A stretch of 64,000 bases of DNA, taken from positions 234,171-298,170 of the forward strand of contig JAKLGJ010000002.1 of NCBI GenBank assembly GCA_022710715.1, read 5' to 3'. Shown one piece after another: positions 1 through 8,591 of the stretch (position 1 is the stretch's first letter; each line of letters begins with the position of its first letter). The position numbers and the translations under genes are program-made. This DNA comes from Candidatus Omnitrophota bacterium (GTDB lineage Bacteria > Omnitrophota > Gorgyraeia > Gygaellales > Profunditerraquicolaceae). Under the pieces are notes generated by a model, which saw only the letters and a list, made by a program, of their open reading frames with translations, did no database searches and was not told the origin of the DNA.

Positions 1-186
1 CGAAGGAATTATGCCTCCGGTTCCGCCGGAAGATGATTCTCCGGTCGAACCGGTTGAGCCGGTCGAACCGGTTGAACCATAGGTGCCTAGTACGGTATCA
101 AAAGCCCAGGCAAGGTCGGTCAAAACCGGGTTAAGAATGAGTGCCAGCGATAAGGTGGCCGCGAGTAAGCTTTTCAGGGGTTTCAT
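1..186 (-). CDS. partial (5' end only) secreted protein: signal peptide MKPLKSLLAATLSLALILNPVLTDLAWA followed by (GST)n repeat. Extends beyond window start.
   Basis: ATG at 186..184 (rc). GGAGG SD 5 nt upstream (plus-strand cctcc at 190-194). Tandem CCGGTYGAACCGGTTGA DNA repeat at ~40-95 encodes GSTGSTG. Confidence 0.5.
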   Translation of the reverse strand, partial: MKPLKSLLAATLSLALILNPVLTDLAWAFDTVLGTYGSTGSTGSTGSTGESSSGGTGGIIPS

Positions 187-189
187 TGT

Positions 190-400
190 TGCCTCCGTTT
201 TGGGATTCTTGTCAAAATAAAAAACCGGATCGCTATCCTTATTCGGCAACCCGGTATCGGAAACAAAAAAGAGAACTTTTGTCTATCGATCCGTGGCTTT
301 GGTCTCTTCAACAAAACAGAAGAAACCCTTTATCGATAAGGTTTCCCAGTCCTCCCCCTGTCCGCTTAGGCGGACATTTCTATATGTCATAACAAGTATG
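190..400 (-). promoter_or_regulatory. conserved leader element, copy 3 (more diverged) of the leader found upstream of the two paralogous secreted-protein genes. Contains AAAGCCACGGATC.
   Basis: Shares blocks aaaa(t/a)ccggat(t/c)gct(t/a)tcct(g/t)at(t/t)tcggcaacccggt, ccgtggcttt and acttttgt(a)tct with 4141-4390 and 6161-6400. Confidence 0.35.
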
Positions 401-486
401 CCAGAAGAACCGGGAAATTTCAAATAGAATAACTAACTTTTGCTTCTATTAACAGAATAAAAAAAGACGATTTAATCCTGTTTGTT

Positions 487-530
487 GGGGCTGTGCCCCT
501 TGGTTTACCGGGGCACAGCCCTTTCGTTGT
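487..530. terminator. GC-rich hairpin (12-bp stem GGGGCTGTGCCC / GGGCACAGCCCC, 10-nt loop). A T-run follows on the + strand. Sits at the 3' end of the 531..2465 minus-strand gene, so possibly a bidirectional terminator.
   Basis: Inverted repeat 487-499 / 510-521, then tttcgttgtttattttagttta. Confidence 0.45.
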
Positions 531-2465
531 TTATTTTAGTTTATTCAATGCTTCACGGGCGGCATCCGCGACTTTCCACCACCAGCCCTGGGGGTCGTAA
601 CACTGCGCATACTTGTATTCGGCGAGAATGGTCTTATATTCGGTTCTCGCCGCTTCATTATCCTTCAAGGTTTTGTAAATATTTCCCAGGATCAGGTGCG
701 CTGTGCCGACGTCGTTCAAAGCCCAGTAATCCGCTGCTTTGCTTTCGGACGCAAATTTCGAAAGTGACGCCTGCTGTTCTTTGGCTTTGTCGCTGTAGCG
801 GGAGACGGCTTCTTTCGCTAGCGCTGCGGCGTTGCCATAGTCCTTTTTATCGAAGTATTTCCAGGCTTTGGCCAGCAGGGATTCGGAATCGGTGTATTTG
901 CTCAAGTCGGTCTCGGTTGCCGGAGGCAATACGCCGTCTGTGTCCGTGTCCGCATCATCCGTATTTGTATCGGTGCCGTTTCCGGTATCGTCGGTGTCGT
1001 CGTCCGTTGAGTTTATGCCCAGCTTGTCCCTGATCTGCTCGGCTTTTTCGGCATCAAGGGTTTCCAGCTCGGAGAGGATCTCTTTTGCCGAGGTTGACAG
1101 CTTGGAGAATCTACTCGAGAGTTTGTCGGCCCATTCGGAATCCAATCCCCAGTCTTCGAAATTGACATTTCTCCAGAAACCATATCTGCCCATGGATTTG
1201 AGAATATCCGCGCATTGATCTACGCTCAACGCATCGTCGGCGAGAATAGCCGCTGCCTTGGCAGAGTCCATGGTTTTGAATATGGCTCCGGCCTTGCTGG
1301 CCTTGAAGCTGCTGTCGGCCAGGACTGCCGCGGCTTTCGCCGGATCCATGTTCGCCAGGATCTCTCCGGCCTGCTTGGTTAAACGGCCTCGCTTGCCGGA
1401 GTTGCCGGTCCAGGGCCACAGATGGTCCCAGAACCCGCCGGAACCATGCCGGGTTTTGCCGGTCATGGACTGAAGTATTTCCGCAGCCCTGGCAGTATCC
1501 AGTCCTTCCATAATATCCGCAGCCTTAGCGGCATCGGCTTTACCCAGGATCGCCGCGGCTTTGGCGGATTTAAAGTCGGTATCCGCGAATATGGCTACGG
1601 CTTTTTCCGTATCCATGGCCGCAACGATGCTCGACGCGGTAGTTGCGGATGTGCTGGTTTTCTTACTGTTGAAAAACGAGCTCAAGTACGTCGGGTAGGT
1701 AGCCATGCTCATTAGTATCGCTCCGGCTTTTTTCACGTCAAGGCCTTCGAGCATGTCCGCGGCTTCTGCGGTATCCATGGTGGGCATGATGCGCGCTACA
1801 GTTCTGGCTGCAAGATCGTCGCTGTTAAGCAGTTGCGTGGCCCTTTCTGTCTCCAGCGCAGCCAGGATCTCTCCGGCCTGCTGCGTTCCTTTGGGCTGGC
1901 GGGTCAGATTGGTGATCACCGCGGCGGCGAATGGGTCGGCGAGGTCATTGACGATATCCGTCTTTTCCGCGGTAGTTTTGTCGTTGAAATTAACCACGCC
2001 GGTGAGCAGCTCTTTGTCTGTGGCGTCGAGCTTGGAGTCGTTGTTGAGGTCCATGGACTCGTCGAACTCTCCTGCGGTGATCTTGGCGTCCATGGCGTCG
2101 ATATCTTCCTGGTCGACTTTTTTGTCTTCGGTGAAGTCGAAAACTTTAGCCAGGGCGCTGTTCGGCCACCATCCGCCCTTCCAGAATGAGCCCCAGTTGT
2201 CGAATGAAGCGCCGTCCGGGAAGGTCCCTCTCTGTCCCGGTTTGTCGCCGTTGTCCCAGTTCCCCAGAGCACCCTGGGAAGCCTCGCCATTGTGGTCGTT
2301 AACATAGGGGATCATTCCGGCGGACGCTTTTATCGACTTGAAATTGGTCGAGGCCCCGGCAGGCACTTTGGCATTTTCTTTGTCGCTCATCTTGAATGAA
2401 GTGGCGTAGGCGGGCGGGCAGCTCAACATGGCGATGACGATGAGAATCAGGTATCTCTTGATCAT
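531..2465 (-). CDS. secreted protein with repeated MgtE_N/MotE-like helical repeats (D..KAA.IL..M x >=6), an Asp/Thr-rich acidic stretch and a C-terminal TPR-like region.
   Basis: Track ORF 531..2510. Preferred start is the ATG at 2465 (MIKRYLILIVIAML... signal peptide, AYA|TS cleavage site) with AAGGAGGA SD 5 nt upstream. Repeats are visible in the translation. Confidence 0.7.
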   Translation of the reverse strand: MIKRYLILIVIAMLSCPPAYATSFKMSDKENAKVPAGASTNFKSIKASAGMIPYVNDHNGEASQGALGNWDNGDKPGQRGTFPDGASFDNWGSFWKGGWWPNSALAKVFDFTEDKKVDQEDIDAMDAKITAGEFDESMDLNNDSKLDATDKELLTGVVNFNDKTTAEKTDIVNDLADPFAAAVITNLTRQPKGTQQAGEILAALETERATQLLNSDDLAARTVARIMPTMDTAEAADMLEGLDVKKAGAILMSMATYPTYLSSFFNSKKTSTSATTASSIVAAMDTEKAVAIFADTDFKSAKAAAILGKADAAKAADIMEGLDTARAAEILQSMTGKTRHGSGGFWDHLWPWTGNSGKRGRLTKQAGEILANMDPAKAAAVLADSSFKASKAGAIFKTMDSAKAAAILADDALSVDQCADILKSMGRYGFWRNVNFEDWGLDSEWADKLSSRFSKLSTSAKEILSELETLDAEKAEQIRDKLGINSTDDDTDDTGNGTDTNTDDADTDTDGVLPPATETDLSKYTDSESLLAKAWKYFDKKDYGNAAALAKEAVSRYSDKAKEQQASLSKFASESKAADYWALNDVGTAHLILGNIYKTLKDNEAARTEYKTILAEYKYAQCYDPQGWWWKVADAAREALNKLK

Positions 2466-2506
2466 GGTATCCTCCTTGTTTTGTCTGTTATTTCTGTTTA
2501 TAGTCT

Positions 2507-4135
2507 TCATTTCCGGTCTCCTGTATCTATAGTAACTAACCGGGCGATAGACTGCATCCCGGGGAGGGGGGAAGAGGATGCAGTCATTACGCCGGTTAAA
2601 TTATGGGGATTAAAAGATGAATCCGATGCTGGCAACCGGACGACAGACGCCACCCTGGGGAGGGGGGTAAAGGATGTAGTCATATCGCCGGTTAAATCCA
2701 GCATCAAATCAATAGAGAGCTGCATCCCGGGGAGGGGGGAAGAGGAAGCAGCTCTCTGCAACGTTAAGTTATCCTTAACGCCGGAAAATGAAAAATCGGA
2801 ATCAGTGATATGGTTAACAAGAGAATTATCGAAAGCAGGATGATGGGTTGGAGAATAAGAGAAAATGTTTGCGTCGGCCTTATGCTGCGCGGATTGGATG
2901 CGGGAAATAGAGGCAAGGCGATTTCCCGGAGGCGAGAGGCCGGTTTTTACATAATTAACCGCGGATACATCAACAATATCCGCTATATTCATCAGAATAT
3001 TATTTTTTTCATCCTTAAGGTTGCTATTGTGAGCCAGGCAGCACTGTTTTTCTCTCGCCGGGTTTTCTTGATTCAGGGTTTTATGCGCATCAACAGGTAT
3101 TTCAACTGGTTCTCTGGTCGAAGAGGCATTTTCCTGCGCAGGGAGCCTTAAATCTGCATCTGTTGTGGCGATGATTAGAGGTGATTGCTCCATGAGCATG
3201 GATTTTAAGATAGGAATAAGGCCAAACATCGCGAATTGAATCTTCTTTTCTTGATCTCCATCAGTTTCGCGGATATCTTTGACCTCGGATTTATTGGTAT
3301 AGACCGTATCAACCGTATCATTAGATATCGAAGTTTGATCCTTGCCCGATAGACTCTCTTTTGATGAAATAGTAACCTTGTTTTTAATTTGCGCTTTTAA
3401 ATGCGTTATTTCTGACTTAACAGATTTATGTAACATGTTTTTATCAGATTGTTCCGCCTTATATCCGTTTTTAAGGAGTGAATTCTGTAATTCAACCTGC
3501 GCGTTCCGAGATGCAATTTCTTCTTTATCGATTTGTGCGAAAGAAACGCCGGTTTTTTCTAAGTGCGTATTAGAAGTGTCGATTTTAGCTTTTTGCGCGT
3601 CCACTTTTAAAGCCACGGTGCTTTTTATAGCCGAATAAGTGGAATTGCTGTTTCGAGTTTCATTTTTCAGGTTTTTTTTGTTTTCCGAGTGCAGAGCGTA
3701 AAACCGTTCTTCCGAACCGCGGGTTTTGCTGAAGTAGTGATTGTTGAACAGGCTGGAAACAGACCGGTCATTCTGACTCGAATTCTTGCCATGGACATGA
3801 CGTTTGCGGCTTGAATCGTTGGAAGTGTGCGCGGACAGGTTTAACCAATTACTTTTGTGACTTGAGTAATTATTGCTGTATGTCGAGAAAAGTTTGAATA
3901 GCGGCGATCGCGAGCCTGCGGAGCTGGAATCTACGTTAGTATTGGTATCGGTCGATCTGTTGCGATAATTCTGCTGGCGGTTTGAGCTGTAGGCTTCTAT
4001 CTGCTTGGAATGTTTGAAAGTGCGTGCGCCGCTGGAAAAAGCGTAGCTGGGAGGCGCCGCCAAAACGGAGAAAAGCGCCAGGATAACAAAGGCGGTCGGG
4101 GTTCTCCAGATTGTCCGGTTCTCTTGCTTCTCCAT
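2507..4135 (-). CDS. hypothetical secreted protein, paralog A (N-terminus MEKQENRTIWR + signal anchor; Ser/Asn/Lys-rich; conserved C-terminal blocks DTVDTV, P(I/L)LKSM..EQ.PL..AT.D..LRLP, VNY.KTGLSPPGN).
   Basis: ATG at 4135 with GGGAG SD. Paralogous to 4754..6154 at both protein and leader level. Confidence 0.65.
   Translation of the reverse strand: MEKQENRTIWRTPTAFVILALFSVLAAPPSYAFSSGARTFKHSKQIEAYSSNRQQNYRNRSTDTNTNVDSSSAGSRSPLFKLFSTYSNNYSSHKSNWLNLSAHTSNDSSRKRHVHGKNSSQNDRSVSSLFNNHYFSKTRGSEERFYALHSENKKNLKNETRNSNSTYSAIKSTVALKVDAQKAKIDTSNTHLEKTGVSFAQIDKEEIASRNAQVELQNSLLKNGYKAEQSDKNMLHKSVKSEITHLKAQIKNKVTISSKESLSGKDQTSISNDTVDTVYTNKSEVKDIRETDGDQEKKIQFAMFGLIPILKSMLMEQSPLIIATTDADLRLPAQENASSTREPVEIPVDAHKTLNQENPAREKQCCLAHNSNLKDEKNNILMNIADIVDVSAVNYVKTGLSPPGNRLASISRIQSAQHKADANIFSYSPTHHPAFDNSLVNHITDSDFSFSGVKDNLTLQRAASSSPLPGMQLSIDLMLDLTGDMTTSFTPLPRVASVVRLPASDSSFNPHNLTGVMTASSSPLPGMQSIARLVTIDTGDRK
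2520..2790. repeat. 3 copies of a palindromic, G-rich element (..ACCGGGCGATAGACTGCATCC CGGGGAGGGGGGAAGAG GATGCAG..CGCCGGTTAAAT..) inside the 3' coding end of gene 2507..4135. Encodes the SSSPLPGMQ peptide repeat. The G-tracts have G-quadruplex potential on the + strand.
   Basis: Direct reading: GGGGAGGGGGG present three times, flanked by inverted arms CTGCATCC/GGATGCAG or AGAGCTGC/GCAGCTCT. Confidence 0.6.
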
Positions 4136-4140
4136 AGGGC

Positions 4141-4392
4141 TCCCGCAAAATAAAAATCCGGATTGCTTTTCCTGATTTCGGCAACCCGGTTAGTCAAAAA
4201 GGGAAACAATTCCATGGAGAAACAAATAATGTTTTCCCTGACCCCGTGGCTTTCCCCCCTCGAGAGGGGCTTTTCGATCAAGAATTTTACTGCGTGTTAC
4301 AAGCAAAGTATACCTTATGCGCTGCGGTTTTTCAATGCGCAAGAACAAACTTTTGTATCTGTTAACGCAGGCGTAAAGCCGGCTGTGCCGGA
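4141..4392 (-). promoter_or_regulatory. conserved ~250-nt leader, copy 1. In the mRNA sense it contains the GC palindrome hairpin CCCCTC-TCGA-GAGGGG, then GGAAAGCCACGGGG, then ...TTGACTAACCGGGTTGCCGAAATCAGGAAAAGCAATCCGGATTTTT, then the SD.
   Basis: ~80-85% identical by eye to 6161-6400. Confidence 0.45.
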
Positions 4393-4692
4393 CTATGCTT
4401 CAATCCGGCCGAGCAGGCTTTGGTAATCCTGGCGCGTTCTGATTATTACCAGATCATTGTTTAAAGCCTCTTGAATCGCATTAAGCACTATGGCAATCAA
4501 ATTGTCATTATCCATCTTTTCCCAGCGTCTGGCCAGGCCGTTGCGCCTGAATATAGAGTTGCTGCCGGCTGAAATGAAGAAAAGATGGATTCTTCCTGAT
4601 AATTCCTCTCTGGCTAGAAATAATATCGCCTGATTCCCCATGCACAGGACACCGTGAATAAACTTGAGCCGCAGAGAATCCGCCTGGTTCAC
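4393..4692 (-). CDS. hypothetical 99-aa protein (MNQADSLRLKFIHGVL...), GTG start.
   Basis: AGGAGG SD 6 nt upstream of GTG 4692. Sits between the two paralog genes. No family recognised. Confidence 0.45.
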   Translation of the reverse strand: MNQADSLRLKFIHGVLCMGNQAILFLAREELSGRIHLFFISAGSNSIFRRNGLARRWEKMDNDNLIAIVLNAIQEALNNDLVIIRTRQDYQSLLGRIEA

Positions 4693-4753
4693 TAAACACC
4701 TCCTGGTTGTGCTTTATCGCGCATAATCGTCGGTTCTCCTTTTAATCGCAAAT

Positions 4754-6154
4754 TTATAACCGGACGATAGGCTGGCCCTGGGGGGTGGGGTAGGGCACAG
4801 CCACATCGCCGGTTAAATTATTCGTTCCCATCGAAGGAAAAGATGCTGGCAACCGGGCGATAGACTGGGCCCTGGGGGGGTAGGGGAAGAGGGCGCCGTC
4901 ATATCGCCGGTTTAATCCAGCATCAAATGAATTATCAGATGTAATGATATGGTTTGTTGAATTGTTTGATGATGTGTCTGGTGCGAAATCAGTGGAATTA
5001 GAGAGATAAGAGGATGAATCCAGGCGGTTATCTTTATGCGAGGTTTGAACGCGGGAAACAGAAGAAAAGTTGTTTCCCGGAGGCGAAAGGCCTGTTTTCG
5101 CATAATTAACCGCAGTCAGAGCAATCAAATCAATGTTATTGAGAAGAGACTGTGAATTCTCAAAGTTATTATCAGGCGATCCGCCAATGTCGAAATGGTG
5201 AAATTGCTTATAGATATCTTCCGTGCGCGATTTATTTGCATCCAGCGGTAAGTCAAAAGGGTCGGCTTCGGGTAATGCTTCCTGGCTAATCGGCAAGCGC
5301 AGGCCTGTATCGGAAGTGGCGAGCATCAAAGGCAATTGCTCAATGATCATGTTTTTAAATATCGGCATAACTCCGTAAGGAGAATTCTGTATTTTCTTTT
5401 GATGTTTTGCGGTATCCTGCAGACTCTTCACCTCAAATTTCTGCGGAGATACCGTATCAACCGTATCGCGGGGCGAAAAAGCATGATTTTCTTTTCCGGT
5501 CAATGAATTCGAGCTATATGCCATCTTATTTTTGATTTCTAACGTCAAATGAACCGTAGATTGATTTTTATCTTTATTTACATCCATTTGCCGGGCTTCG
5601 ACTAAATTTTTCTTGTTTTTATGGTTCAATTCCATTGAGGCAGGGTTGGGAGTATTGATTGATCTGGATTGTTCGGGCTTTATCCTTGTCGCCGCCTCCT
5701 GATGATGCGTCTTCTGATTATTTTGCGTTGGGTTTTTATCAATACATGCTTTAACGCTTAACGCGTGCGTATTTGCGGGATTGGAAGCTTTGGCTCCGTC
5801 GGCCCGATTGGTTGTTGGTTGAACAGTGGAGGGAGTAACTAACCGATTAGCCAGGTTTTTAGTGAATTCTGCGGTACTGGCGGATGTTTTTCTCACGCTG
5901 ACATTGATTTTGGGAGAAGGGGATATCTGACGCAAGGTGAAAGCAGAGTTAAAGCCGTCGCCGCCGCGATCGTAACTCGAGGGAGACACGTCGAATTCTG
6001 CATAGCAAGGGGTTATAATGAGCGAGGAGAAACCTCCGATTATACGCCTGATTGCAATGTCATCAGCCAGTCCGCATTGACTGCTTAAAAATAAAGCGAT
6101 AATCGTAAGATTGACTATCCTGCGCCAGATTGTCCGGTTCGCTTGTTTCTCCAT
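4754..6154 (-). CDS. hypothetical secreted protein, paralog B (MEKQANRTIWR...).
   Basis: ATG at 6154. Shares N-terminus, C-terminal blocks and 3' G-rich repeats with 2507..4135. Confidence 0.65.
   Translation of the reverse strand: MEKQANRTIWRRIVNLTIIALFLSSQCGLADDIAIRRIIGGFSSLIITPCYAEFDVSPSSYDRGGDGFNSAFTLRQISPSPKINVSVRKTSASTAEFTKNLANRLVTPSTVQPTTNRADGAKASNPANTHALSVKACIDKNPTQNNQKTHHQEAATRIKPEQSRSINTPNPASMELNHKNKKNLVEARQMDVNKDKNQSTVHLTLEIKNKMAYSSNSLTGKENHAFSPRDTVDTVSPQKFEVKSLQDTAKHQKKIQNSPYGVMPIFKNMIIEQLPLMLATSDTGLRLPISQEALPEADPFDLPLDANKSRTEDIYKQFHHFDIGGSPDNNFENSQSLLNNIDLIALTAVNYAKTGLSPPGNNFSSVSRVQTSHKDNRLDSSSYLSNSTDFAPDTSSNNSTNHIITSDNSFDAGLNRRYDGALFPYPPRAQSIARLPASFPSMGTNNLTGDVAVPYPTPQGQPIVRL
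4760..4925. repeat. 2 copies of the same G-rich palindromic element as 2520-2790 (..CCTGGGGGGTGGGGTAGGG.. / ..CCTGGGGGGGTAGGGGAAGAGGG..), flanked by AACCGG(A/G)CGATAG ... ATCGCCGGTT(T)AAAT inverted arms.
   Basis: Direct reading. Four G3+ tracts per copy. Confidence 0.55.
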
Positions 6155-6160
6155 TTGGCC

Positions 6161-6400
6161 CCTTAAAAAGAAAAATCCGGATTGCTTTTCCTGATTTCGG
6201 CAACCCGGTCAGTCAATGAAAAGGGAAAATCAAATTGAGAAACAAAAGCAATTCCCCCGACCCCGTGGCTTTCCCCGCCGGAGCGGGGCTTTTCGATCAA
6301 GAATTCTGCTGCATTGTTCAGTCAAAGTATAGCTTACCGCGGGCGTATTTTCAAGGCAGAAAGGCCGACTTTTGTATCTGTTAACAAGCGGGTTAAATCG
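6161..6400 (-). promoter_or_regulatory. conserved leader, copy 2 (hairpin CCCCGC-CGGA-GCGGGG, GGAAAGCCACGGGG, GCGGGTTAAAT x2).
   Basis: Near-identical blocks with 4141-4390. Confidence 0.45.
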
Positions 6401-6406
6401 GGCGGG

Positions 6407-8374
6407 TTAAATATTGATTCCGTATCCGGTGGCTTTTTTGAGTCCGGCTAAGGCCAGGAAGTAGTTGCCCAGGGCCTGGAAATATTTGGTCTGGGCGTCA
6501 GCCAGGCTGAAGAGCGAATCCATGGCTGAAGAAAGGGAAGCGTCGTTGACCATGGCTCTGATCTTGGTGATCTCGGCCTGGTTGCGGCGGAAAGCCATAT
6601 CCGCTGCGGCGGTATTGAGTTGCAATATGGCTTTCTGGTAATTCAAAAAAGAATCCTGGACTTCGAAGGTGATCGTTTTTTTGGTTTCATTGAGATCGCT
6701 GTAAGAACGATGCAGGTCGACGTCGGCTTTTTTCAAAGAGGATATCCCGGCGAAATTATCCAGGATACCCAGTTCTGCGCTGGCAGAGGTGGTCTCGGAG
6801 TTGTTGGTATGCCCGTAGCGGCGCTGCATTTTTTCGTGCAAAAAGGAGCTTTTTAAAGAGCTGGCGCCCAGCATTTTGCTGACTTTGATGCCCGCGGCCC
6901 AGTTCGCGGAATTCTGGAGATCTTCGGTTTTGTAATTGCCCCAGTAGTATTCATAAGAACCCACGGCGTCTATGGCGAAATTATCCTTGTCCAGCTCGAT
7001 CTTCTTGCCGTATTTATTGAACTTGACCATCATCTCGCCGATGTATATTTCCGGCCGGCTTTTCAGGGCTACATCAAAAAGCTCGTCGAGATTAAGATTC
7101 GGCTTGGTGACTTCCGGTTCCGCGAGTTGTATTTCCGGCAAATCCTTGGTGTTGAGCACCTGCTTGAAAGTAAGCTCCGCCAGATAAATATCTTCCTTCA
7201 GACTGGCCAACTGGAATTCGATCTGTTCGAAAGACGATTGCGCGCTTTTTAATTCCAGCGGGATGATCATCCCGATATCGGCTAATTTCTGGATCCGGGT
7301 GAGCAGTTCCTGGGCTTCGGTGCGCAGGGCTTCTTTATAGCGCCAATGGGTGCGCGAAGCGATGAGGTTGTAATAAGCGGTTTCGGTTTTATGGATGATC
7401 TCATACTGCAGGCGGTTGAGGTTCATCTTGGAAACTTCCAGGTTGGCTTTAGCGTGCTCGATGGAATCCAGCAATCTCCCGCCGTAATAGATCGGCTGGT
7501 TTACCTCGATTTTCGCATTCATTTCGCGATAAGGTCCGGAGTAATCACCGTCGGTATAGCTGCTGGAAACTTTAGCCGTGGGCAGAAGATTGCGCATGGC
7601 TTCTTTGACTTTGAACTCCGCCAGGTCCACTTCTTTCTGCGCGACCGCAGTAGGTTTATTATTCTTAAGGGACGTTTGAATGAAAGCGCTTAGTTCTTCC
7701 GGCCAGCGGACCGCAGAAGCTTTGGGTTCATAGCGGGTGGCGATCGGTATGCCTATGTCGACGGGTTGCTGCATGGGAGAGAATGCGGGTTGTTCCGGGC
7801 TTTCTTCTTCCGTCGCGGGCTGCTCTTCCTGTTGCGCGAGTAACTGCTGTAATTCTTCCGGCGAAACTTCGCGCTCGTATACGCCTTCCTGCTCCAGCGC
7901 CATTTCGGATTCGCCTTCCAGCGGCTGCGAGAAATCCGGTTCATAAAAATTCGGTTGCGAGGGCACCTCGATTATATCGCCCAGGTCATCCGTACTAATG
8001 TCGGAGATCGCGTATCTTAACGGTAAAACTATCTCCACTTCTTCGTAGCCGTCATAGTCTTCCGGCAACGGATACGGTCCTGCGTCGCGCACTGCCGTTA
8101 CCGCCTGCTCATCGAGAATGGGGTATCCGGATGATTCGGCGATCATGATAGCTTTGAGGTTCCCATCCGCGGCAATCGTGACTTTAAGAGTAACAATTCC
8201 TTCCCAGCCATTTTCAATAGCTTCATCCGGATAGATGAGCAGGGAATTGATCTTTTGTTGCACAAAATTGAGATATTCAGTATTCAGGGGGGCGAGCTGG
8301 GCAAAGAGGCTGCAAAGCGGCAACGCCAAAGATAAAAAGAATAATACCAATAAGATAATGATTTTTCTCGGCAT
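6407..8374 (-). CDS. TonB C-terminal domain fused to a TolC-like outer-membrane efflux protein (OEP).
   Basis: Preferred start is the ATG at 8374 (MPRKIIILLVLFF signal; GAGGA SD); the track ORF starts at 8422. N-terminal YPDEAIENGWEGIVTLKVTIAADGNLKAIMIAESSGYPILDEQAVTAVRDAG matches the TonB_C pattern. The rest shows TolC-family coiled-coil/beta-barrel repeat character. Confidence 0.65.
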   Translation of the reverse strand: MPRKIIILLVLFFLSLALPLCSLFAQLAPLNTEYLNFVQQKINSLLIYPDEAIENGWEGIVTLKVTIAADGNLKAIMIAESSGYPILDEQAVTAVRDAGPYPLPEDYDGYEEVEIVLPLRYAISDISTDDLGDIIEVPSQPNFYEPDFSQPLEGESEMALEQEGVYEREVSPEELQQLLAQQEEQPATEEESPEQPAFSPMQQPVDIGIPIATRYEPKASAVRWPEELSAFIQTSLKNNKPTAVAQKEVDLAEFKVKEAMRNLLPTAKVSSSYTDGDYSGPYREMNAKIEVNQPIYYGGRLLDSIEHAKANLEVSKMNLNRLQYEIIHKTETAYYNLIASRTHWRYKEALRTEAQELLTRIQKLADIGMIIPLELKSAQSSFEQIEFQLASLKEDIYLAELTFKQVLNTKDLPEIQLAEPEVTKPNLNLDELFDVALKSRPEIYIGEMMVKFNKYGKKIELDKDNFAIDAVGSYEYYWGNYKTEDLQNSANWAAGIKVSKMLGASSLKSSFLHEKMQRRYGHTNNSETTSASAELGILDNFAGISSLKKADVDLHRSYSDLNETKKTITFEVQDSFLNYQKAILQLNTAAADMAFRRNQAEITKIRAMVNDASLSSAMDSLFSLADAQTKYFQALGNYFLALAGLKKATGYGINI

Positions 8375-8410
8375 TATTTCCTCAAATTTAGATATATTTA
8401 GACAAGCTAG

Positions 8411-8439
8411 ATTATATAGCAATGCTTAAAATTTGTCAA
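8411..8439 (-). promoter_or_regulatory. consensus sigma70 promoter for the TonB_C-OEP gene (TTGACA - 17 nt - TATAAT on the minus strand).
   Basis: Plus-strand ATTATA 8411-8416 and TGTCAA 8434-8439. Confidence 0.6.
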
Positions 8440-8447
8440 GAGTTATT

Positions 8448-8474
8448 TGATACGGTATCAGTGATACGGTATCA
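8448..8474. promoter_or_regulatory. two tandem 13-bp perfect palindromes, TGATACgGTATCA (8448-8460 and 8462-8474). Candidate dimeric-regulator operator in the divergent promoter region.
   Basis: Direct reading. TGATAC and GTATCA are reverse complements. Confidence 0.55.
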
Positions 8475-8556
8475 ATTGGTATTATCGGCAAACGTGGCAA
8501 TAAAATCAGTTAATTTAAACTTTTTGTTAAAGCAACAAAAATATAGCTCCGCTGCC

Positions 8557-8591
8557 TTGACAGTGCCCTTTCTGTATGTTACATTTTGTGT
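8557..8591 (+). promoter_or_regulatory. sigma70-like promoter (TTGACA 8557-8562, 17 nt, TACATT 8580-8585). It places the TSS at the A of ATG 8592, giving a leaderless mRNA.
   Basis: Spacing read from the sequence. No SD precedes ATG 8592. Confidence 0.45.

Noticed and set aside
141-1033. + strand ORFs 141..392 and 482..1033.
   Set aside because: Antisense to the conserved leader and to the MgtE_N-repeat gene. No SD; Cys/Arg-rich junk.
4141-4330. sigma28 (TAAA-N15-GCCGATAA) or sigma54 promoter inside the leaders (GCCGAAAT resembles a sigma28 -10).
   Set aside because: Spacing to any TAAA-like -35 is wrong (6 nt). No GG-N10-GC sigma54 arrangement.
190-6406. The three conserved leaders as additional GEMM riboswitch copies.
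   Set aside because: They share only AAAGCCACGG(AUC) with the candidate aptamer and lack the GGCAAACC and ACGC blocks.
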